A stretch of 59,453 nt of DNA from Bacilli bacterium (GCA_024695235.1 JAILIP010000013.1:1-59453); one strand, 5' to 3'. Shown: positions 41,786 through 52,048, counted from the stretch's first letter. Notes: generated from the sequence alone by a model not told the origin. Numbers and translations: made by a program.

Positions 41786-44700
41786 ATGGAAATTAAAAAA
41801 TCATTCCTCTCGGTTGATGGTAATACTGCCGCTGCTATTGGTAGCTATTATTTTACTGAAGTAGCTGGTATTTATCCTATTACCCCATCCTCCCCAATGG
41901 CTGAATTAGTTGATGTCTATGCCTCCCAAGGTAAGAAAAACTTATTTGGCACCCCTGTTAAAGTTGTTGAAATGCAATCTGAAGCTGGCGCATCTGGTAC
42001 AGTCCATGGTGCTCTTCAAGCTGGTGCACTTGCTACAACATATACAGCATCACAAGGTTTACTCTTAATGATTCCAAACCTCTATAAGTGGTGTGGTGAA
42101 CTTCTTCCAGCAGTTTTACATGTCTCTGCAAGAAGCTTAGCAACACGTTCCTTATCAATCTTTGGTGATCATCAAGATATTTATGCTTGCCGTCAAACAG
42201 GCGCAACAATGTTATGCGCTCACTCCGTTCAAGAAATCGCAGATCTTGCTCCAATTGCTCACTTAATCGCAATCGAATCAAGCACACCTGTCTTACACTT
42301 CTTTGATGGATTTAGAACTTCTCACGAAATTCAAAATGTCGAGTTCCTTGATGAAGAAGTTTATCGCAAACTCCTTCCAATGGATAAGGTTGAAGAATTT
42401 AGAGCACGCGCTTTAAACCCACACACTCACGCCGTTACACGTGGTGGTGCTGAAAACGATGACGTTTACTTCCAAGGTCGTGAAGCTCAAAACGAGCACT
42501 ATAACAACGTTATAGCAATTACAGAAAAATACTTAAAGAAAGTAAGCAAACTCACAGGACGTAACTATGCTCCATTCACCTACTATGGTGATCCAAAGGC
42601 TAAATTCGTTATCGTTGCTATGGGTTCAATTACTGAAACAACAATTGAAGTTATCGATCAACTTGCAAAAGAAGGTCGTTCAGTTGGTCTTGTTAAGGTT
42701 CACTTATATCGTCCGTTCTCTGCAGCTCATTTATCCAAAGCTCTTCCAAGAAGCGCCAAACGCGTCGCTGTCTTAGATAGAACAAAAGAAATGGGTGCTG
42801 CTGGTGAACCACTCTACCTCGATGTCGTTGCCGCTTTAAAACAAGTTGGTAGAAAGAACGTCGAAGTCTATGGTGGACGTTATGGTCTATCTAGCAAAGA
42901 CACACAACCAAAACATGTTAAATCAGTCTATGACTTCCTTGAAGGAAAGCCATTCCATAACTTCACAGTTGGAATTAACGATGATATCACACATTTATCA
43001 ATCCCAGTTGATGAATCATTCCATATTAAAGGTGATTACACATCCTGCTTATTCTACGGTTTAGGTAGTGATGGTACAGTCTCCGCTAATAAATCATCAA
43101 TTAAGATCATTGGTGATGCTACACATCAATATGCTCAAGCATACTTCCAATATGACTCAAGAAAAGCTGGTGGTGTCACTCGTTCACACTTAAGATTTGG
43201 TCATTCACCAATCCGTTCTACATATTATGTAGAGAACGCTGACTTCATCTCCTGCTCACTTGATACATACGTTCTTAAATTCGATATGATTAAGAACTTA
43301 AAACAAGGTGGAACATTCCTCCTCAATACCGATATGAGCGATGAGCAACTTGTTAAAGCTCTTCCAAATCGTGTTAAACATCAAATGGCTGAAAAGAAGA
43401 TTAAATTCTATGTCATCGATGCTAACAAGATTGCTGCTGAAATCGGTATGGGAAGACACACAAATACAATTCTTCAAGCTTCATTCTTCTATCTTAACCA
43501 AGGTATTATGCCTTACTCTGAAGCAAATGAATGGATGAAGAAATTTGCTAAGAAGACATATGCTAAGAAGGGTGAAGAAGTCGTCCAACTTAACTACAAA
43601 GCTATCGATGCCGGTACAGAAGGTCTCCGTGAAGTTAAAGTTGATCCAAAATGGATTGAACTTCCAGCAACACGTGTCCGCGAAATGACTGGCGATGAAT
43701 ACTTTGATTCATATGTTAACGTCATGGGTACACTTGATGGTGATACTCTCCCAGTTAGCAAATTCAAAGAATTTGAACTCCTTGATGGTACTATGAATAA
43801 CGACGTTACATTTATGGAAAAACGTTCTATTGCAGACCGTGTTCCATTATGGAATAGCGCCGATTGTATCCAATGTAATAACTGTGCATTCGTTTGCCCA
43901 CACGCAACAATTAGACCGTTCTTACTTAATGATGAAGAACTTGCAAAAGCTCCTGAAATCGTTAAGAAAGATGTTCTTCCAGCAATGGGTGTTGCAGGAC
44001 ATAAATACCGCTTACAAATTTCTCCAAAGAACTGTGTCGGCTGTGGCCTCTGTGTCAGTGAATGTAATGCTAACAAGATTGGTAAGAAAGCCCTCACCAT
44101 GGTTGAAGCCAAATCACAATTCGATCAAGAAGAAGGCGCTGATTACTTATTCAAACACGTTTCCTATAAAGCCGATAAACTTCCAGCTGCACTTCAAAAC
44201 TCAGTTAAAGGCGTTGGCTTCTTAATGCCATATATGGAAATCTCCGGAGCATGTGCTGGTTGTGGTGAAACTCCATACTATCGCTTAGCTTCACAATTAT
44301 TTGGTAAAGACATGCTTGTTGCGAATGCAACAGGATGTTCATCAATCTATTCAGGTAGTACACCTCTTACCCCATTCTGCACAGATAAGAATGGTGAAGG
44401 TATTGCCTGGGCTAACTCCTTATTCGAAGATAACGCTGAATTTGGTTTTGGTATGAGAGCAGCCACAAACTATCGCTTAGCTCAAATCGTTTCAATTCTT
44501 GAACCGGCCTTATCTCGTAGAGGTGTTTCAAAAGATCTTAAAGCTGCTATTCGTCAATATCTTGCAAACATCAAGAATAAAGAAGAAGCACGCAAGATTA
44601 TTCCAGAACTCGTTAAGCTCGTTAAAGAAAGCAAAGATAAACAAGTCAAAGCTGTCTTAGCTTACGAAAGAGACTTACTTGATAAGTCTGTATGGATTAT

Positions 44701-45331
44701 CGGTGGTGACGGATGGAGCTACGATATTGGTTACGGTGGTCTTGATCATGTTCTTGCTAACGATGAAGACGTTAATGTCATGGTCTTAGATACCGAAGTC
44801 TACTCCAATACCGGTGGTCAATCATCTAAATCATCACAAACAGGTAGTATTGCCAAGTTTACAGCTTCTGGTAAGACTGGTGAAAAGAAGAACCTTGCCC
44901 TTATCGCTATGAGCTATGGACATGTCTATGTTGCTCAAATCAGCTTAGGTGCAAATCCTGCTAAAGCCATTCAAGCCATGAAAGAAGCTGAAAGCTATAA
45001 TGGACCATCACTCATCATTTGCTACGCACCATGTGCCAACCACGGTATTAAAGGTGGCTTATCAAATGCTATGAAAGTCGAGAAGAAAGCCGTTGATTGC
45101 GGTTACTTCACATGCTTCCGTTATGATCCACGTAATCTTGCTGAAGGTAAACCAGCTCTTACACTCGACTGCAAAGAGCCAGACTTCTCCAAATTCCGTG
45201 AATTCGTCATGGGTGAAACAAGATTCTCACAACTTCCAGTTGTCAACCCAGCTCACGCTGAAGAACTCCTTCAAAAGAGTGAACGTTGCGCTAAGGAACG
45301 TTGGGAAAGAATCAAAAAATTCGGTTTATAA
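41786..45331 (+). CDS. nifJ: Pyruvate:ferredoxin (flavodoxin) oxidoreductase
   Basis: YPITPS, two CxxCxxC ferredoxin motifs, GACAGCGE, GGDGW.YDIG, EVYSNTGGQ. Confidence 0.97.
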   Translation: MEIKKSFLSVDGNTAAAIGSYYFTEVAGIYPITPSSPMAELVDVYASQGKKNLFGTPVKVVEMQSEAGASGTVHGALQAGALATTYTASQGLLLMIPNLYKWCGELLPAVLHVSARSLATRSLSIFGDHQDIYACRQTGATMLCAHSVQEIADLAPIAHLIAIESSTPVLHFFDGFRTSHEIQNVEFLDEEVYRKLLPMDKVEEFRARALNPHTHAVTRGGAENDDVYFQGREAQNEHYNNVIAITEKYLKKVSKLTGRNYAPFTYYGDPKAKFVIVAMGSITETTIEVIDQLAKEGRSVGLVKVHLYRPFSAAHLSKALPRSAKRVAVLDRTKEMGAAGEPLYLDVVAALKQVGRKNVEVYGGRYGLSSKDTQPKHVKSVYDFLEGKPFHNFTVGINDDITHLSIPVDESFHIKGDYTSCLFYGLGSDGTVSANKSSIKIIGDATHQYAQAYFQYDSRKAGGVTRSHLRFGHSPIRSTYYVENADFISCSLDTYVLKFDMIKNLKQGGTFLLNTDMSDEQLVKALPNRVKHQMAEKKIKFYVIDANKIAAEIGMGRHTNTILQASFFYLNQGIMPYSEANEWMKKFAKKTYAKKGEEVVQLNYKAIDAGTEGLREVKVDPKWIELPATRVREMTGDEYFDSYVNVMGTLDGDTLPVSKFKEFELLDGTMNNDVTFMEKRSIADRVPLWNSADCIQCNNCAFVCPHATIRPFLLNDEELAKAPEIVKKDVLPAMGVAGHKYRLQISPKNCVGCGLCVSECNANKIGKKALTMVEAKSQFDQEEGADYLFKHVSYKADKLPAALQNSVKGVGFLMPYMEISGACAGCGETPYYRLASQLFGKDMLVANATGCSSIYSGSTPLTPFCTDKNGEGIAWANSLFEDNAEFGFGMRAATNYRLAQIVSILEPALSRRGVSKDLKAAIRQYLANIKNKEEARKIIPELVKLVKESKDKQVKAVLAYERDLLDKSVWIIGGDGWSYDIGYGGLDHVLANDEDVNVMVLDTEVYSNTGGQSSKSSQTGSIAKFTASGKTGEKKNLALIAMSYGHVYVAQISLGANPAKAIQAMKEAESYNGPSLIICYAPCANHGIKGGLSNAMKVEKKAVDCGYFTCFRYDPRNLAEGKPALTLDCKEPDFSKFREFVMGETRFSQLPVVNPAHAEELLQKSERCAKERWERIKKFGL

Positions 45332-45344
45332 TCTGAATTAAAAT

Positions 45345-45375
45345 AAAGGCTCTGGGTCAATTCCTAGAGCTTTTT
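45345..45375. terminator. Likely bidirectional terminator (nifJ / tRNA-Pro)
   Basis: A-rich flank, GCTCTGGG..CCTAGAGC stem, T5. Confidence 0.7.
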
Positions 45376-45384
45376 GTATACAAA

Positions 45385-45461
45385 TGGTCGGGACAAAGGG
45401 ATTTGAACCCTTGACCTCTTCCTCCCTAAGGAAGCGCGATACCAAGCTACGCTATGTCCCG
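45385..45461 (-). tRNA. tRNA-Pro(AGG), A34 anticodon
   Basis: Reverse complement folds as CGGGACA/TGTCCCG acceptor, CTTCC-TTAGGGA-GGAAG anticodon arm, AAGGG-TTCAAAT-CCCTT T arm, A73, CCA; 77 nt. Confidence 0.93.
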
Positions 45462-45470
45462 AATGCATAT

Positions 45471-45479
45471 ATTGTAGCA
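45471..45479 (-). promoter_or_regulatory. Extended -10 promoter for tRNA-Pro
   Basis: TGcTACAAT on the minus strand, 9 nt before the tRNA 5' end. Confidence 0.55.
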
Positions 45480-45532
45480 AAAATGCATCCTAGTAGTTAT
45501 ATTTTGTTATTTGTGATAAAATCACACTAACT

Positions 45533-48367
45533 ATGGAAAACAAATCAATAATAGTTAAAGGCGCAAAAGAAAATAACCTTAAAAATATCGATGTGACAAT
45601 TCCTAAGTACGCATTGACTGTTTTTACAGGTCTTTCTGGATGTGGTAAAACCACTTTAGCGTTTGACACTATTTTCGCTGAAGGACAAAGAAGATTCGTA
45701 GAATCACTTTCTAGTTATGCTCGTCAATTCCTTGGTGGAATGGAAAAGCCTAACGTTGAATCTATTGAAGGTCTTTCTCCTGCAATTAGTATTGATCAAA
45801 AGACAACATCTCATAACCCACGTTCCACAGTTGGAACCGTTACTGAGATATATGATTACCTTCGTCTACTATATACCCATATAGGTGTCCCATATTGTCC
45901 TAAACATGGTGATCCAATTGTGGCATTTTCTCCATCTAAGATGGCAGATATCGCAATGGAATATCCTGAAGGCACAAAGCTACATATCCTTTCTCCAGTA
46001 GTGAGAAATGAAAAAGGCACTCAAAAAGATGAGTTATTCCATATTAAACAACAAGGTTTTGAACGTGTTCGCATTGATGGAGAAATATATCGCATTGATG
46101 AAGCACCTCAACTAGATAAAAATAAACGTCATAACGTTGATATCGTTGTAGATAGAATCGTTGTTAAAGACGGAGTGAAAAATAGAATATCTGAAGACTG
46201 TGAACTTGCTTGCAATCATTCACGTGGATATTGTGTTTTCTTAACCGACAAAGAAGAAAGACTTTTCTCTGAACATCATTCATGTCCAAAGTGTGGTTTT
46301 TCTGTTCCTAAACTTGAACCACGTTTCTTCTCATTTAATGCTCCTTTAGGATGCTGCCCAGATTGCCATGGTATTGGTATTAAAAGAGAAGCAGCTAGAG
46401 ACTTACTTGTTCCTGATGATTCTTTATCAATCAATCAAGGTGCAATTAGATGGTTTAAAAACATCGTTGGTTCTAAGAATATTGAATGGCAAGAATTTGA
46501 CTATCTTTGTAAGCAATACAAAATTGATATGAATAAGCCATTCAGAGAATTAACCGATAAAGAAAAAGACATTGTCTTTATTGGTTCAGACAAGCCATTC
46601 AGTTATGAAATCACATCTGTAAATGGAAATGTGATGCATAGGAATGGTTATATTGAAGGCATCAAGACTAGAATTGATCGCCTTTATGGAGACACTAATA
46701 GTGAAATGATGAGGGGCATATATGAATTTTATATGCGTGATAGTGAATGTACGACATGTCACGGTTCTAGACTTAACGAAGCAGCCTTATCAGTTAAAGT
46801 TAATGGTCTAAATATTTATGAAGCCACATGTTTATCCATTGAAGAACTTCAAAAATGGATTGAAGATACAAGAAGTAAACTTACTCCAACACAATTAGAA
46901 ATCACTAGACTCATTGTTAAAGAAATATCTTCAAGAGTTAAGTTCCTTGTGGATGTTGGATTAAACTATCTAACTCTTTCGCGTATGGCTATGACCCTTA
47001 GTGGTGGAGAATCACAACGTATTAGATTAGCCACTCAAATTGGAAGCAATCTTTCAGGTATTTTATATGTTCTTGATGAACCAAGCATTGGCTTACATCA
47101 AAAGGATAACGATAAACTTATTGGCACCTTAAAAGAAATGGTGGAACTTGGAAACACACTTATTGTTGTTGAACACGATGAAGACACAATGAGAGCGGCT
47201 GATTATCTTGTAGATATCGGTCCAGGTGCTGGTGTCCATGGTGGTGAAATTGTCGCCACTGGTTCAGTTAAAGATTTAGAAAATGAACCACGTTCAATTA
47301 CTGGTCAATACCTTTCAGGGAAGAAGAAAATTGAAGTTCCGCCTGAAAGAAGAAAAGGTAACGGAAAAAGCATCACAATCAAGGGCGCAGAGAAAAACAA
47401 TCTTAAAAAGATTGATGTCTCAATTCCTTTAGGTACATTTACCGTTGTTAGTGGTGTCTCTGGAAGTGGGAAATCATCATTAGTTAATCAAACTTTATAT
47501 CCTGCTATCAAGAAACAATTGGGTTCTGAAGAGGATGATATTATTCCAGGAAAATATAAAGAAATGCTTGGCCTAGAAAACATCGATAAAGTTATCACAA
47601 TTGACCAAGATCCTATTGGAAGAACTCCAAGAAGTAACCCTGCTACATATGTAGGATTGTTTGATGAAATCCGCGCCGTATTTGCAGAAACAATAGATGC
47701 TAAAACTAGAGGATATGATAAAGGTAGATTCTCCTTTAACGTTCCAGGTGGAAGATGCGAAGCTTGCCAAGGTGCAGGTGTCATGTGCATTCCAATGAAC
47801 TTTCTACCAGATGTTTACGTTAAATGTGATCAATGTCATGGACATAGATATAACGAATCAACACTAGAAGTCACATACAAAGGCAAAAACATCTTTGAAG
47901 TTCTTGAGATGACAGTTGAAGAAGCACTTAAATTCTTTGAGGCACGTCCAAAACTCGCTAGAAAACTTCAAACCCTATACGATGTTGGTCTTGGCTACAT
48001 TAAGCTTGGCCAACAAGCCACAACTCTTTCTGGCGGTGAAGCTCAAAGAATTAAACTTGCCTATGAACTTCAAAAACGTCCAACAGGAAAAACTTTATTT
48101 ATATTAGATGAACCTACAACCGGTCTACACACCGATGACGTTAAACGTCTAATCACAGTTCTTCAAAGAATTGTTGATCACGGAGATACGGTTTTAGTTA
48201 TTGAACATAACTTAGATGTTATTAAAGTTGCTGATTATATTATTGATTTAGGCCCTGAAGGTGGTAATCGTGGTGGTCAAGTTATCGCTACTGGAACACC
48301 AGAGGAAGTCGCAAAGAATCCTAAGTCATATACTGGTCAATATTTAAAAAGGATTTTAAAGATATAG
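45533..48367 (+). CDS. uvrA: Excinuclease ABC subunit A
   Basis: Two Walker A motifs, LSGGE signatures, Zn fingers, GRTPRSNPATY. Confidence 0.98.
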   Translation: MENKSIIVKGAKENNLKNIDVTIPKYALTVFTGLSGCGKTTLAFDTIFAEGQRRFVESLSSYARQFLGGMEKPNVESIEGLSPAISIDQKTTSHNPRSTVGTVTEIYDYLRLLYTHIGVPYCPKHGDPIVAFSPSKMADIAMEYPEGTKLHILSPVVRNEKGTQKDELFHIKQQGFERVRIDGEIYRIDEAPQLDKNKRHNVDIVVDRIVVKDGVKNRISEDCELACNHSRGYCVFLTDKEERLFSEHHSCPKCGFSVPKLEPRFFSFNAPLGCCPDCHGIGIKREAARDLLVPDDSLSINQGAIRWFKNIVGSKNIEWQEFDYLCKQYKIDMNKPFRELTDKEKDIVFIGSDKPFSYEITSVNGNVMHRNGYIEGIKTRIDRLYGDTNSEMMRGIYEFYMRDSECTTCHGSRLNEAALSVKVNGLNIYEATCLSIEELQKWIEDTRSKLTPTQLEITRLIVKEISSRVKFLVDVGLNYLTLSRMAMTLSGGESQRIRLATQIGSNLSGILYVLDEPSIGLHQKDNDKLIGTLKEMVELGNTLIVVEHDEDTMRAADYLVDIGPGAGVHGGEIVATGSVKDLENEPRSITGQYLSGKKKIEVPPERRKGNGKSITIKGAEKNNLKKIDVSIPLGTFTVVSGVSGSGKSSLVNQTLYPAIKKQLGSEEDDIIPGKYKEMLGLENIDKVITIDQDPIGRTPRSNPATYVGLFDEIRAVFAETIDAKTRGYDKGRFSFNVPGGRCEACQGAGVMCIPMNFLPDVYVKCDQCHGHRYNESTLEVTYKGKNIFEVLEMTVEEALKFFEARPKLARKLQTLYDVGLGYIKLGQQATTLSGGEAQRIKLAYELQKRPTGKTLFILDEPTTGLHTDDVKRLITVLQRIVDHGDTVLVIEHNLDVIKVADYIIDLGPEGGNRGGQVIATGTPEEVAKNPKSYTGQYLKRILKI

Positions 48368-48390
48368 CTTTTTGCTATACTTAAGTTACT

Positions 48391-49653
48391 ATGGGAATTG
48401 CATTACTTGTTATTGGATTAGTCATCGGAGTAGGATGCTTCGGGTTTTTAATCTATAAATTAGTGAGATTTTGTAAAGCCTCACCTTTAGGTGGGGTTAC
48501 ACCAAAGGTATTTGGCTTAGATAGATTTCTTTTCATTGCTTTAGTAGCTGCTACTGGAGTAGGAACTATTCTTTCAAGCTATGGAATAGTGTTTATCAAA
48601 CAATTTACACTTTCAATTGGTGAACATCTCCTCCTAGCTTTTGGTTCATATTTATTTGGCACATTTGTGTCTTTGTTTACATCTTCATTTACGATGTATT
48701 ACTATCGTCCAGATTTAGATGCTAAGCAAAGAAAGATATCACGTGTCTTAACATTTGCCGCAATTCCATTTATGGTGGCAGGCCTATGGATGTTAACAGA
48801 TGCATTTGCTGCACATGCCGCATATCCACTTGTTAACGCTCTCTCATTCACAAAAGGTCTTGTCTATGATGATGGTGATGCTGGCTTCACAATTAAGTTC
48901 TACGGAATATTAATTGTCACAGGTGCTGCTATTAGCTATTTCATTTCTGATCACTATTTCTTTAAGAAATATGAAAAGCATGGATTATTAGATGGATGTC
49001 TACTTGTAGCATTCCCAGCCGGTATTATTGGCGGAAGACTTTGGTATTGTCTTATCCTTGAACCAGGAACAAATATCTTTGCAATTAGAGATGGTGGTAT
49101 GGCCATTCAAGGTGGTGCTTTGTTAGGCATTATTGCTGGTGTAGCATACATGCTTATCTTTAGAAGATATATTAATATCCGTTGGGCAATGGATATCATT
49201 ATTCCAACTATTCTTATTGCTCAAGTCATGGGTAGATGGGGCAATTTCTTCAATCAAGAAGTTTATGGTGCGGTTACTAATCAATCTTCATATTGGTGGT
49301 TACCAAAGATGGTTCAAAATAACATGATTATCTTTGGTGAATTCCGCGTGCCTTTGTTCTTCATCGAAGGAGTAATTAACTTAGCTGGATATTTCATCAT
49401 TAGATACGCTGTTGGAAAAGGTTTAAAGAAATTCTTAGCATTAGGCGATATATCTATGTGCTACTTAATTTGGTATGGCCTTGTCCGTGTCGCCTTAGAA
49501 AGACTACGTGATGGTGAATTTGAATACCAAAACTCCTGGATTACCGCTTTAGTATTTATCGGTATTGGTGTCTTAGGAATTGTTGGCTTCCACGTCTATG
49601 ATTTAATTCGTAAGAAAAAAGGATTACCACCAAAGAATTTAGAAACAATTTAA
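48391..49653 (+). CDS. lgt: Prolipoprotein diacylglyceryl transferase with N-terminal membrane extension
   Basis: FYG, GGRL.Y, GGMAIQGG, GRWGNFFNQEVYG. Confidence 0.9.
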   Translation: MGIALLVIGLVIGVGCFGFLIYKLVRFCKASPLGGVTPKVFGLDRFLFIALVAATGVGTILSSYGIVFIKQFTLSIGEHLLLAFGSYLFGTFVSLFTSSFTMYYYRPDLDAKQRKISRVLTFAAIPFMVAGLWMLTDAFAAHAAYPLVNALSFTKGLVYDDGDAGFTIKFYGILIVTGAAISYFISDHYFFKKYEKHGLLDGCLLVAFPAGIIGGRLWYCLILEPGTNIFAIRDGGMAIQGGALLGIIAGVAYMLIFRRYINIRWAMDIIIPTILIAQVMGRWGNFFNQEVYGAVTNQSSYWWLPKMVQNNMIIFGEFRVPLFFIEGVINLAGYFIIRYAVGKGLKKFLALGDISMCYLIWYGLVRVALERLRDGEFEYQNSWITALVFIGIGVLGIVGFHVYDLIRKKKGLPPKNLETI

Positions 49654-50301
49654 ATGTATAAATTAATACTGTTTGATTTTGATGGAACATTACTTGATAG
49701 TGACCAAATGCTCGTGGTCACTTTTAAGCAATTATATGAGAAATATAAGCCAGATTTTCATCCTAGCGATGATTACATCTTAAAATTTTCTGGACCTCAG
49801 ATTGTAGATACTCTCAAACAGGAATTCCCAGATCTAGATCAAAAGATGATGTTTGATGAATGGGTTAAATATTCAACTGAGAATTACATTAAAACAACAA
49901 AGCTATTCCCTTATGTTAAGGAAATGCTCGTAAGTTTCAAAAAGAATCATGTTAAATATGGACTAATCACATCTAAAGCTAGAGCCGCAACCGATTTTGC
50001 TATTAAGCTTGTTGGGTTAGATGGTTTGTTAGATTTTTCAATTACTGCATCTGAAGTTAATAACTTCAAACCAGATCCTGAAGGCATATTCCTTGCAATG
50101 AAACATTTCAATGTTTTAAATAAAGAAGAAGTTTTGTATGTCGGAGATGGTATCTATGATTACGAAACTGCAAAAAATGCTGGAGTGAAATTTGGATATG
50201 TTACATTCTCTCCACGTAAACTTGATCCAAATAGTAAAATAGATGTGTTAATTCACTCGTTCAAAGAATTTGAAAAGGAGATCATCAATGAAAAATTATG
50301 A
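49654..50301 (+). CDS. HAD-family hydrolase (PpaX/Gph-like)
   Basis: FDFDGTLLD, KPDP, YVGD...D. Confidence 0.9.
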   Translation: MYKLILFDFDGTLLDSDQMLVVTFKQLYEKYKPDFHPSDDYILKFSGPQIVDTLKQEFPDLDQKMMFDEWVKYSTENYIKTTKLFPYVKEMLVSFKKNHVKYGLITSKARAATDFAIKLVGLDGLLDFSITASEVNNFKPDPEGIFLAMKHFNVLNKEEVLYVGDGIYDYETAKNAGVKFGYVTFSPRKLDPNSKIDVLIHSFKEFEKEIINEKL

Positions 50302-51184
50302 CATTGTTGTTATTGGTGCTGGCATTGCCGGCTTAACATCCGCAATTTATCTAAAAAGAGCAAACGCAAACTTTGCCATTTTAGAGTCAGGTAAAGTTGG
50401 TGGTCAACTTTCCAACCTTAAAGAAGTCGAAAACTATCCTGGCTTTCCAAAAACTAGTGGTGAAGCAATCCTCTCTTCTTTAGAAGAACAAGTAAAAGAA
50501 CTTGGTATTAATATCGAAAAAGGAAGCGTTCAAACAATCCTTAAAGACCAAGTTGGTTTTAGAGTAGTTTCTGATTTTGAATCATATCTATGCAAAGCCG
50601 TTATTGTTGCCACAGGTATTTCACGTAACCAAATTAAACTTGAAGGTGAAAGCGAATTCCTTGGAAGAGGCGTTTCCTATTGTGCTACTTGTGATGGTAG
50701 TTTCTTTAAGAATGATGATGTGGTGGTCTACGGAAACAATCACGTCGCAATTGAAGAAGCACTATATTTATCTAACCTTGTTAAAACCCTCTACTTAGTA
50801 GTTGATGGAGAAAAACTTGTCGGTGAAGAAGCAGAAAAACTTCTTTCTCTTTCAAAAGTTAAGCCATATATCAATCACAAGATTCAAAAGATCAGTGGCG
50901 ATATGTTTGGTGTTAGTGATGTCACACTTGATGACGGAACAGTTATCAACGTCCATGGAGTATTCCCATTTACTGGTAGTAAATCATCAGCAGATTTCTT
51001 AAGAAATCTAAATCCATCAATGAACGGTAATTTCATTGTCACAGATGAAAATATGAAGACAAATATTGATGGTTTGTATGCAATCGGAGATGTCCGTCAA
51101 AAAGGACTTAGACAGCTTGTTACAGCAGCTTCCGATGGAGCAATTGCAGCATTAGATGCAAACAAATATGTAAAGAACAAATAG
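50288..51184 (+). CDS. trxB: Flavin thioredoxin reductase (TrxB family)
   Basis: GAGIAG, ENYPG, GVSYCATCDG, AIGDV..RQLVTA; start at ATG 50288. Confidence 0.88.
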   Translation: MKNYDIVVIGAGIAGLTSAIYLKRANANFAILESGKVGGQLSNLKEVENYPGFPKTSGEAILSSLEEQVKELGINIEKGSVQTILKDQVGFRVVSDFESYLCKAVIVATGISRNQIKLEGESEFLGRGVSYCATCDGSFFKNDDVVVYGNNHVAIEEALYLSNLVKTLYLVVDGEKLVGEEAEKLLSLSKVKPYINHKIQKISGDMFGVSDVTLDDGTVINVHGVFPFTGSKSSADFLRNLNPSMNGNFIVTDENMKTNIDGLYAIGDVRQKGLRQLVTAASDGAIAALDANKYVKNK

Positions 51185-51216
51185 AATATTTTGTTCACTC
51201 ATAGTAGTATAAATGT

Positions 51217-52047
51217 ATGATTAATCTCGTTATTATTTCTGGAGTTCATGGAGCAGGTAAGACAGTCGCCTTATCCTCTTTTGAAGAAAACGGTTATGTC
51301 ATCGTTGATAACATTCCTCATGTTTTGCTTGATGACTTTTTTAAATCATTGATTGATGGTAAATATAAAAAAGTCGCTTTATCCATTCCTCTAGAATATT
51401 GCCAAGAAGCATATGAATCTGCTAAGCAATTCAAAGAATTCAATATTACATTTTTAGGACTATATTGCTCTGAATCTGTTTTACTTGAAAGATATAAACT
51501 ATCTCGTAGAGTCCATCCTTTAGAACACCAAGGATTATCTTTAGTAGAGGCCATTAAAAAAGATGATGAATTGATGTTAAAGATGAAAGAGAAATTTACT
51601 CATTTCATTGATACATCCAAAACATCACCGCAAGAGTTTAGAAAATATTTAAATGTTAATATCTTCTCTCCGAAGGAAAGAAAACTCACAGTTAATTTCA
51701 TCTCTTTTGGCTATAAAAAGAGTGTTCCTCAAGATGTTGAAATTGTTTTTGATGCTAGACTTCTTCCAAATCCATTCTGGGTACCTGCTTTGAAAGAAAA
51801 GACAGGTTTAGATAAAGAAGTCGTAAATTACATCTTCTCTCGTAAAGAGACAGAAGAGTATTTAAAACACGTCACCGAATATCTTGATTTCTATCTTCCA
51901 AAACTTGAAGAAAGTGGAAAGAAATCTACCACAATTGGTATTGCCTGTAGTGGTGGTCAACATCGTTCAGTAGCAATAAGTGAATATTTGAAAAAGTATT
52001 ATTCGAAACGATATAATACTAACGTTTCTCATAGGGATCTAAAGTAA
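51217..52047 (+). CDS. rapZ: RNase adapter RapZ/YvcJ P-loop protein
   Basis: GAGKT, VDNIP, SFGYK, LPNPFW, C.GGQHRSV, HRD. Confidence 0.92.
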   Translation: MINLVIISGVHGAGKTVALSSFEENGYVIVDNIPHVLLDDFFKSLIDGKYKKVALSIPLEYCQEAYESAKQFKEFNITFLGLYCSESVLLERYKLSRRVHPLEHQGLSLVEAIKKDDELMLKMKEKFTHFIDTSKTSPQEFRKYLNVNIFSPKERKLTVNFISFGYKKSVPQDVEIVFDARLLPNPFWVPALKEKTGLDKEVVNYIFSRKETEEYLKHVTEYLDFYLPKLEESGKKSTTIGIACSGGQHRSVAISEYLKKYYSKRYNTNVSHRDLK

Positions 52048-52048
52048 T

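Noticed and set aside
40696-45384. Possible genomic island between the two tRNAs
   Set aside because: No integrase or duplicated tRNA end, and the cargo is housekeeping (nifJ) with host-like codon usage
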